Part shown: positions 1 to 6,802 of the stretch, piece after piece
Position numbering within the stretch: the stretch's first letter is position 1
How the letters are laid out: each line of letters starts with the position of its first letter
Assembly (NCBI GenBank): GCA_020060105.1
Contig: JAGVAV010000025.1
Span: forward strand, 1 to 51,368
DNA from: Candidatus Woesebacteria bacterium
GTDB lineage: Bacteria > Patescibacteriota > Microgenomatia > Woykebacterales > 2-01-FULL-43-14
DNA: 51,368 bases
Reading direction: 5' to 3'
Notes under the pieces: generated by a model
Told to the model about the DNA's origin: nothing
The model's database searches: none
Seen by the model: only the letters and a program-made list of their open reading frames with translations
Translations under genes and position numbers: made by a program

Positions 1-98
1 GGTACAATAATGTTAGACCGCACCAATCACTTAAATACCAGTCACCTTATCAGTGTTACTTAAAAGGAGGATTGTCTCAAAAGTACTGATCCAGGACA
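1..98 (+). mobile_element. 3' end of IS481/IS3-like insertion sequence (transposase C-terminus plus right terminal repeat), cut by window start
   Basis: 3..89 reads YNNVRPHQSLKYQSPYQCYLKGGLSQKY*, the YNxxRPHxSL..P motif of rve/DDE transposases. Element ends ...TGATCCAGGACA at 98. 2..98 is the exact reverse complement of 51272..51368. Confidence 0.85.
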
Positions 99-103
99 AC
101 TCT

Positions 104-132
104 TTGACATTTTCGTGGCTAAATGATAACAT
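104..132 (+). promoter_or_regulatory. sigma70 promoter TTGACA-17-TAACAT (extended TG)
   Basis: TTGACA 104-109, TG 124-125, TAACAT 127-132, upstream of ORF 203. Confidence 0.65.
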
Positions 133-202
133 TGCTTGTAGTTAACCAACCGCCTTAATTAGCGGAAGGTTTAATTGATAATAGAAAGGAAGAGTCAGGA
201 GA

Positions 203-568
203 GTGAGTAGTAACAACGGCAAGAGTCAACCATTCATTTACGCTCGCCCCTTTAATTTTAACGCGATAGACCCTAATGGGAATGTTACTTCTTGCCAAAG
301 AATGATTCTCGAGGTCACAGTTGATAACCCAATTAGCGAGTCTCCTGAAGAAGTGTGCCTGGAAGGACCAGTTAATGGTAATGCGGCAGGGGTTTACAGG
401 GAAGTCGGCCCCCGCGGAACTGAAATTCTCAAGATTGTGGGTGAGTGCCCGGATTTCGAATACGCCCACATTCGCCAAAAACATCTTACAGTAACCTTAA
501 AGAATCCAGACATTGAAAGCATCAGACATCTTAAGCAAGCTCTCTGTAAAGCGCTTAAAGAGGCTTGA
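203..568 (+). CDS. hypothetical protein
   Basis: 121 aa ORF, GTG start after AGGAG, with own promoter and downstream terminator. Confidence 0.7.
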   Translation: MSSNNGKSQPFIYARPFNFNAIDPNGNVTSCQRMILEVTVDNPISESPEEVCLEGPVNGNAAGVYREVGPRGTEILKIVGECPDFEYAHIRQKHLTVTLKNPDIESIRHLKQALCKALKEA

Positions 569-584
569 AAACAATGGTGAAATC

Positions 585-618
585 AGGTCTTCGAAAATAC
601 TCGAAGACCTCCCTTTTT
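585..618 (+). terminator. intrinsic terminator
   Basis: AGGTCTTCGA-AAATAC-TCGAAGACCT then CCCTTTTT. Confidence 0.6.
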
Positions 619-719
619 ATCCTCCCAAATTTATCCTCTTGACAAGCCACAAAATGTTTTGTACCTTTGTTGGTAAACCCTTCTCGAAAGTTACCTAATC
701 GTTATTTGGAGGCATTTAC

Positions 720-1280
720 ATGAAAGCGACAGAACAGTTAACCGAAGAGCATCAAGCGGTAGTCTTAACCCTAAACATTTTAGAAATCATTATCGCGAGA
801 CTTTCCAACGGAAAAAAAGTTGATCCAAACCATTTAGAGCAAATTATCGATTTTTTCCAAGGTTTCGTTGATCGGTGCCACCACACAAAGGAAGAAAAAC
901 TTCTTTTTCCAAAAATGCAAGAATACGGTCTAGCGAAAGAGGGTGGGCCGATTAGCGTAATGCTGTTAGAACACGAAAGAGGCCGAGACTTAGTGAAAAA
1001 TCTAAAAAGGGCCGTTGATGATTATCGAAACCATAAGCGGGGAGCGGCCAAGGAAATTGTTTCCCAAGCCCAAAAGTATGTCCAACTACTAAATGATCAC
1101 ATCCAAAAAGAGGATAATATCTTATTTCCTATGGCAGACATAGTTATTCCCCAACTAGAACGGGAAAGACTTTGGAAAGGTTTTGAAGAAGTTGAAAACA
1201 AAGAGGTTGGGAAGGGCAAACACGAAGCCTATCATCAGATCCTTGATCAACTCAAGAGCTACTATCTAAAACCGGCTTAG
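720..1280 (+). CDS. hemerythrin HHE domain protein
   Basis: Repeated EH...HHxKEE..LFP and EH...HIxKED..LFP motifs; GGAGG RBS. Confidence 0.9.
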   Translation: MKATEQLTEEHQAVVLTLNILEIIIARLSNGKKVDPNHLEQIIDFFQGFVDRCHHTKEEKLLFPKMQEYGLAKEGGPISVMLLEHERGRDLVKNLKRAVDDYRNHKRGAAKEIVSQAQKYVQLLNDHIQKEDNILFPMADIVIPQLERERLWKGFEEVENKEVGKGKHEAYHQILDQLKSYYLKPA

Positions 1281-1335
1281 AAACCTGGAGTCGAAATTAA
1301 ACTTCCAGCGGAAAAAAGTAAGAATGGAGGGAGAG

Positions 1336-1917
1336 ATGAAACAGCGATGGTGGTATCGCTATTTTCTTTGGTATCTTCTTAAATGTTCTTGGCTGAATAG
1401 ACTCCTAGAAAACAGAAGGGCGCTATACTGGCTCGAAACGAAACAACGAGTCGTCACCTTCATCCTTAACGGTGGCTTACTTTTTCTGGCCGGATGGGTG
1501 ATAATGTTTATTTTCGTGGAATGGGTAAGGCTGGATAAAAATCTCGCTTTTCCAATTCAGCTCATCTTGATTGTTCAAGCCAGCTTCTTTGTCCATTACC
1601 ACAGCACCTGGGAAGATCGAAAGGAAAAGCCTTCCAAAAAGCAGCGGGGAAAGGGTTGGGGGCTAAGCTCAACCATGTTGCGCCAGTGGGCTCTTTTTAA
1701 CGCCGTGAAATTAGTAATGGTAGCGGTCAGTCAGGTAATATTTGTCGGGCTTACTTTGTTCTTTCATTATCTAGTTGTCACGGCCATTTGCGAAGCTCTT
1801 TTCGCCGTCTTTGGTTACCTAACCAACGACTGGATCATTTTCCGCCCAAACCCTCTCTCGGAGAGCCAGACGAGAATAAATCGTCTGCTAAAGCCAAAAA
1901 ATGGGCGATTAAGTTAA
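1336..1917 (+). CDS. GtrA-like membrane protein
   Basis: Four predicted TM helices, HSTW and DWIIF GtrA-like motifs; ATG at 1336 after GGAGG. Confidence 0.6.
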   Translation: MKQRWWYRYFLWYLLKCSWLNRLLENRRALYWLETKQRVVTFILNGGLLFLAGWVIMFIFVEWVRLDKNLAFPIQLILIVQASFFVHYHSTWEDRKEKPSKKQRGKGWGLSSTMLRQWALFNAVKLVMVAVSQVIFVGLTLFFHYLVVTAICEALFAVFGYLTNDWIIFRPNPLSESQTRINRLLKPKNGRLS

Positions 1918-2022
1918 CTGAACTGATCGCCCATTTTTCTTTTTCTGACTTATTTGATATAATCCAGCCCATAACCCAGTTCTTGTTTAGAAACGGCGAA
2001 AAAGCCAAGGGGGAGCGATCTA

Positions 2023-2418
2023 ATGAAAAAAGGGGTTCGCAACTTTCGATTGCTTCTACTGTGTTGTTTTCTGATCTTCGGAACAGTTTTTCTCTCCGCC
2101 TGCCTTAAAGTTGATAACCCGTTCCTGCCGTATAAAGAAAGGTCCTTTAAAGTCTGGCCTCAGACAACGTCTCACTACGATCTGGAGCTTAAAGAAGGCA
2201 ATTACTTTGAAGGTGTGGTGATTGTCCGAGGTAAAAACGATGATCTTCGCTTTTATCTTAAGGACCCGACTGGCCAAGTTATTGAAGAAGTTGAGGTAAA
2301 GCGAGAGTACCGCTTTAAAGGTACCGCCAAAAGAAGTGGCTTCTACACCTTTTACTTTGATAACCACCGCTCGTTGGTTACTTCGAAAGAGGTTCTTCTC
2401 CGCTATGGAGTTCGTTAA
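2023..2418 (+). CDS. lipoprotein with GOLD/emp24-like beta-sandwich
   Basis: Lipobox LSAC; DLRFYLKDPTG...SGFYTFYFDN pattern typical of GOLD domains. Confidence 0.65.
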   Translation: MKKGVRNFRLLLLCCFLIFGTVFLSACLKVDNPFLPYKERSFKVWPQTTSHYDLELKEGNYFEGVVIVRGKNDDLRFYLKDPTGQVIEEVEVKREYRFKGTAKRSGFYTFYFDNHRSLVTSKEVLLRYGVR

Positions 2419-2516
2419 TCTCCAAAGGCGTTTGTAATCACAAACGCCTTTAATTTTCTAAAAAAGAAAAAGTCTGGCCTATTACAGCCAGAACTTTTGT
2501 CTCTCGCCTTGTTTTA

Positions 2517-3095
2517 CTAGTTTCGACGGCAAACAACACTTCCGACGTGCCGCTGAAACATCCTTAGACACATCAGGGTTGGTAAACTCGGGGGATGATA
2601 AATACGGGCTCCCAATATTCCTTCTTCACCAACCCAACTAAAAATAATAAAAGCGAAAGGTATCTTACTATCCCGCGCTTCCTCGACTAGCCTAATAATA
2701 CGTTCTTCTCCTAACGGTTCTGAAAGGTTTCTCCAGAAAGCCATTAGATTTCCCTGACTTTGGACAATTTCAGGATCTAGTTCATAAGCTAGTATTTTCG
2801 ACCTAATCTCGCCCGAGCTCAGCGCTCTCCTTTTCGAAGACAACACTGAAAAGACTTGATATCTCGTTTGCCCTAGACAACCAGCTGGTTGTAAAGCCGC
2901 GATGTTAATAAGATCTGCAAATGGACTGTCCCAGTCACCCGGGAATCCCTCGAGAGGGTAGCAAGCACAACGATCAGGAAACCACTGCTCGATAAACTCA
3001 ATAAATTGACTTAATTGTCCTTGGGTTCCGTTGAAATCATCGTTCGAAGCGGCCACTTTATCTCCTCCTAATTTTTTCCAACCGCATTTTATCAT
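2517..3095 (-). CDS. hypothetical protein
   Basis: 192 aa ORF; real start may be the GTG after GGAGG at about 3056. Confidence 0.6.
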   Translation of the reverse strand: MIKCGWKKLGGDKVAASNDDFNGTQGQLSQFIEFIEQWFPDRCACYPLEGFPGDWDSPFADLINIAALQPAGCLGQTRYQVFSVLSSKRRALSSGEIRSKILAYELDPEIVQSQGNLMAFWRNLSEPLGEERIIRLVEEARDSKIPFAFIIFSWVGEEGILGARIYHPPSLPTLMCLRMFQRHVGSVVCRRN

Positions 3096-3199
3096 AAATA
3101 AGACTTCACTTCAATTTTAACCAAAGTTGCAAACTTATGGATCTGGGGTGTATAGTTCACCAGATTAAGAAGCTTAATCAACAAATAAGGAGAGGAGAA

Positions 3200-3559
3200 A
3201 TGATCAAAAAAATCCTAGGCATACTCGCCCTTTTAGTCATCGTTCTACTGATACCCTTCACCATAACTGTGTTATACGAAGTGGCTGATCGGCTGGACCG
3301 GATGGGAATTCGAACCCAGGTTAGGGGGGTATGGTCTTGTTTTAAACAAAGAATCTAGGCTTGTCCTGCGGGAAGAGGGGAAAGTTCCCGAGAGAAACAA
3401 GATGACCTGGATTGTCAGCTGACTGAGGCAATCAATAGCGGTCAGTACAACATTTTGCAGATCGAAACCTTTTACCACGAAACGTACATGGTTAAAGCGG
3501 AAGTTTACTATTTTGCCAACGAACCAACCCCCGATATTCTGGCAGGACCGGTGGTTTAA
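3200..3559 (+). pseudogene. membrane-anchored hypothetical protein interrupted by in-frame TAG at 3356-3358
   Basis: ATG 3200 with strong RBS and TM helix. The same frame stays open from 3359 to TAA 3557-3559, then a terminator hairpin at 3544-3570. Confidence 0.55.
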
Positions 3560-3628
3560 ACCCCGGTCCTTTCTCATTCAGGTGGCTAATTTGGGTCATC
3601 TGTGGTATAATTTTCAAGCAAAACACCC

Positions 3629-3695
3629 GGGCCAGTAGCTTAACCCATATTTAATCGGGGTCAATTGGCAGATCCATCGGCTGACGAACTTTTAA
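3629..3695 (+). pseudogene. relic tRNA-Lys 5' half with 21-nt D-arm insertion
   Basis: GGGCCAGTAGCT[TAACCCATATTTAATCGGGGT]CAATTGGCAGA matches the first 23 nt of the intact tRNA-Lys once the insert is removed; a CTTTTAA loop-like word follows. Confidence 0.8.
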
Positions 3696-3738
3696 ACAAT
3701 TTATCTTCCAGTCGTGAGATTATTTATCGAGTGTGTGA

Positions 3739-3814
3739 GGGCCAGTAGCTCAATTGGCAGAGCAGTTGCCTCTTAAGCAATCGGTTGGAGGTTCGAGTCC
3801 TCCCTGGCTCACCA
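3739..3814 (+). tRNA. tRNA-Lys(CTT)
   Basis: Full cloverleaf, anticodon arm GTTGC-CTCTTAA-GCAAT, TTCGA loop, encoded CCA. Confidence 0.97.
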
Positions 3815-3836
3815 AAATAAGTTTACCAATCAATCG

Positions 3837-3865
3837 TTGACAAAAGTACGAGAAAGTAGTATAAA
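3837..3865 (+). promoter_or_regulatory. sigma70 promoter facing the DUF3800 gene end
   Basis: TTGACA 3837-3842, 17 bp, TATAAA 3860-3865; no plus-strand ORF follows. Confidence 0.55.
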
Positions 3866-3871
3866 ATGTAT

Positions 3872-3918
3872 GTAAGGCGCGGTCACTCGAATTTGTTTGA
3901 TCGCGTTTTGCGTTTATT
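3872..3918 (+). ncRNA. candidate DUF3800-associated small hairpin RNA
   Basis: GTAAGGCGCGGTCA pairs with TGATCGCGTTTTGC over 14 bp including 4 G-U pairs, which are valid only on the + strand; 12-nt loop; starts about 6 nt after a -10 box. Confidence 0.5.
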
Positions 3919-4708
3919 AGGTTACCTCTTTTATTTTTCTCCCCGAAGGAATAACTAAATAACTATTTTTCTTTATCGTCGCAAAAAGGGTTTTTAAATG
4001 ATACTCCTGGATTTTTAACCTATTCCCAGGGTCTCCGATTAAGCTTCTGTATGTGACATAAGAGCAGATATCAGCTATTTCTAACCCACCGTTTACAACT
4101 TTTTTAGTAGAAATTGTTAAAGTATGTATTCTTTCCCTAACTTCGACAGCTAAAGGGTTGACAATATTGCCAGGAAGCGGGTTTTTCTTCGATAAATCAA
4201 AGTACTTCACAAAAGTGCCGTCCTGGTGCTGTCTGGACTCAATGACGATTTCACCAGAGGCTTTCTCTGAAACTAGGAATTTGGCGAAATCCTTTATTGC
4301 TTCTAAGGAGCATAGCTCATAAGATAGATCAATATTAACACTTGGGTTCTTATTTTTCTTCCTAGGAACATAGCTCAATTTAGTTCTTAATTTATTTTTG
4401 TCAACAAAGTAAATACCTGTTTTATAAGGAATATTTAACAAAATACTATTTAGCTCATTTATGAAGTAGCTGATTCGGCTGCGTGGCTTCACTAATTTTC
4501 TATAATTTTGATATGGTCTTTCAAATAAATCAGTTGTATGGATTAGTTTGAAATCGTCGCCTAAAAACCGTTTCTTTAAGAGTCTCAAGTAACCTTCAAT
4601 TATTATAAAATCTTCTTGTTTAATAATCACTGTTGCAAGAACAAACTTACTACCTAAATAATTGAGGCAACTTTCTCCGGATTCGTCAATAAATAAGTAA
4701 TATTTTAT
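3917..4708 (-). CDS. DUF3800 family protein (RNase H-like fold), AT-rich
   Basis: N-terminal YLFIDESG and C-terminal GLEIADICSY motifs. Probable start is ATA at 4708; the computed TTG start at 4819 lies upstream of a consensus promoter. Confidence 0.8.
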   Translation of the reverse strand: MKYYLFIDESGESCLNYLGSKFVLATVIIKQEDFIIIEGYLRLLKKRFLGDDFKLIHTTDLFERPYQNYRKLVKPRSRISYFINELNSILLNIPYKTGIYFVDKNKLRTKLSYVPRKKNKNPSVNIDLSYELCSLEAIKDFAKFLVSEKASGEIVIESRQHQDGTFVKYFDLSKKNPLPGNIVNPLAVEVRERIHTLTISTKKVVNGGLEIADICSYVTYRSLIGDPGNRLKIQEYHLKTLFATIKKNSYLVIPSGRKIKEVT

Positions 4709-4723
4709 GTTTTTTCTACAGAT

Positions 4724-4752
4724 ATTATAATCTAGTAGTTGTTTGATGTCCA
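4724..4752 (-). promoter_or_regulatory. sigma70 promoter TGGACA-17-TATAAT for DUF3800 gene
   Basis: Minus strand -35 at 4752-4747, -10 at 4729-4724. Confidence 0.6.
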
Positions 4753-4901
4753 ATTTATTACGAGACGATTTACAGAAATAGTGAGTTAGACGGTGGGGTA
4801 AATTGTTGGTAGGACTCAATAAAACCTAGCGAGGTGTCCCAATTCCAAATCAACTGGTTCACCAGAAATGGAAATTACCCTTCTCTGTCAACGGATTTTT
4901 G

Positions 4902-4947
4902 AAAAAAAATAAAAAACCTTCGGGTGGATTAATTCCCCGAAGGTTTT
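4902..4947 (-). terminator. intrinsic terminator of SPFH gene
   Basis: AAAACCTTCGGG/CCCGAAGGTTTT stem followed by a long U-rich run on the minus strand. Confidence 0.7.
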
Positions 4948-4961
4948 GCATTTGGAAGAGG

Positions 4962-6083
4962 TTATCTTCCTGGCGTTGGAACGTTAAAGAACGGAATAGG
5001 TGATCCCGCGCCAACGTAAGTAGGAACTTCTCCAGTCCAACGTTGGGTCTTTTGATATTCCAGGTAAGCGTCAGGCGACTTGGCAAGAGCCGCTTGGACT
5101 GCCTGGATTCCCTCTGCTTCCGCAAGATACTTGGCCCTGATCTGGTAGGCATCAGCGTCAGCGACCATTTTTTTAGCCTCAGCTTCTCCCGAAGCCTCCG
5201 CGATTCGCTTCTCCTTTTCCGCTTCCGCAGCTCTCTTTACGACGATGTAGCCGGTGTTTGCCCTGATCTCTTCCGCTTCTTGTTCTTTACTTCTCGTTTG
5301 AATCAGTACTCCCGCCTGCTCTTTTTCGAATTCCCGTTGAGCGACTTCATTAAGCATGTTTTCAATGATTTCATCAAATCCGTAGTCAACGATGGCGAGC
5401 TGGAGCACGAATACTAGAGGCTCCTTGTCTTCATTCACAAGTTGACGCTGAAGTGCCGCTTCTACTTCATTTTCCATCTCCGCGCGCTGGTTCCCAACGA
5501 AGTTGTAAGGACGAGCGCCTTGAGTTCCTTTAAGAGTACTTACCCAGACTCTCTCCACCCAATTATCGAGATAATCCGGTCCGTAGCGGAAATGGAGTTC
5601 GACGATGCGGTCGGGATTCGGATAAGCCCAACCGCGGGCCCAAAAGTATACGACCGGCCGGCCAGGACTGTTTGAATCAGCCTGAACCCCCGTATCCTTA
5701 AGGGATTGTTGCTTAGCTTTGTCAGGCTTTGATCCGATTTCAATCGTCTGCCGGCGAAGGTCATACTGCGTAACCTTGGTTACAAAGGGTGCTAAAATCG
5801 GTTGGAAAGGCCAGGCATGGAATCCGGGGCCGATCTTGGAGTATTGCCCGGTGAAGGTGTTCTCCACAACAGCAATGTGATTGGCCGGAACTTGCGTAGT
5901 TCCCGAGAGCAGTATCAGTAGCACGATTGAAATGATGCTTACGACAGCAGTTAGGGAGAAGGTAAATAGAGACCAGAAGTCGCGACTGTTGTTATAAGGT
6001 GGCGTCCGGAATCGGTTGTAGAAAAAAATACCTATCGAGCCAAAGAGAGTAACGAAAGCTGCGAATGTGATCAGAGTGAGCAC
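4962..6083 (-). CDS. SPFH/band 7 (prohibitin-like) membrane protein
   Basis: Two N-terminal TMs, VPANHIAVV...PGFH, AE-rich coiled coil, WTGEVPTY tail. Confidence 0.85.
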   Translation of the reverse strand: MLTLITFAAFVTLFGSIGIFFYNRFRTPPYNNSRDFWSLFTFSLTAVVSIISIVLLILLSGTTQVPANHIAVVENTFTGQYSKIGPGFHAWPFQPILAPFVTKVTQYDLRRQTIEIGSKPDKAKQQSLKDTGVQADSNSPGRPVVYFWARGWAYPNPDRIVELHFRYGPDYLDNWVERVWVSTLKGTQGARPYNFVGNQRAEMENEVEAALQRQLVNEDKEPLVFVLQLAIVDYGFDEIIENMLNEVAQREFEKEQAGVLIQTRSKEQEAEEIRANTGYIVVKRAAEAEKEKRIAEASGEAEAKKMVADADAYQIRAKYLAEAEGIQAVQAALAKSPDAYLEYQKTQRWTGEVPTYVGAGSPIPFFNVPTPGR

Positions 6084-6292
6084 TGTTAAGTCCTCCCATT
6101 CTTTTTTTCTACTTTAGCCTGACTGTTATTGTCAACGTGCCGTTGAATTATTCCTCCTTCCCCTTTTATCTCAGGCTGCAGCTTAACAGAGATAAAAAAT
6201 TATCTCCATAAAGCTACAGCCATAATTTTACTATTTCTTATGTTAGTTAAGAATAGAATGGTAATGTTTTTTCTGAATTCCCTCAGCGCAGA

Positions 6293-6321
6293 ATTGTAAC
6301 AGAAAAGAGCGAGTATGTCAA
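6293..6321 (-). promoter_or_regulatory. sigma70 promoter TTGACA-17-TACAAT (extended TG) giving an about 200-nt leader to the SPFH gene
   Basis: -35 at 6321-6316, -10 at 6298-6293. Confidence 0.65.
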
Positions 6322-6400
6322 AAAGATTGTACTGGAAGGGTACATCGGTAATGGTTTGGGAATAGATTGAGCATACTCAATTAGGGTAAGGTATGCAAGT

Positions 6401-6662
6401 TGTCCTGGATCAGTACTTTTGAGGCAATCCTCCTTTTAAGTAACACTGATAAGGGGACTGGTACTTAAGTGATTGGTGCGGTCTAACATTATTGTACTAG
6501 TTAAGCCAAGTAGTTAATTTTTCTTGAAATTCTTCTGGATAAAGCAAGTAGTCATAAGATTACGATATACAGTAGTAGAATATTTTGGTCTAGAGTAAAC
6601 AATCTTGTTAAAATCGGGCGGCAATTTAACTTAATTGTCTCAAATGTGTTTGATCTTTTTCA
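6401..6662 (-). mobile_element. internally deleted, decayed copy of the IS481-like element (MITE-like)
   Basis: 6401-6497 has 3 mismatches to the terminal copies. Minus strand encodes PEEFQEKLTTWLN*YNNVRPHQSLKYQSPY. Imperfect second terminal repeat TGAAAAAGATCAAACACATTTGAGACA starts at 6662. Confidence 0.8.
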
Positions 6663-6763
6663 TGGGAAGTTTATGATTTTTTTATTTTAACACACGGAGT
6701 CAAAGTAACAATAAAGAGGCGTGATTTTTTACTTTAATAAATTGGACGGTAGGGTAAATAAAT

Positions 6764-6792
6764 AGCCCCGATAGCAAGAGCTGATCGGGGCT
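6764..6792 (-). terminator. terminator after purM
   Basis: AGCCCCGAT...ATCGGGGCT stem, AU-rich tail on minus strand. Confidence 0.55.
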
Positions 6793-6802
6793 GTGAGTTT
6801 CG

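Noticed and set aside
3641-3661. The 21-nt insert as the chromosomal dif site or an archaeal BHB intron
   Set aside because: Only loose similarity to the XerD arm and multiple copies; no clear bulge-helix-bulge, and the host tRNAs are incomplete.
6395-6670. Target-site duplication GCAAGT/GGAAGT around the decayed IS
   Set aside because: One mismatch and a 2-nt offset from the inferred end; not convincing.
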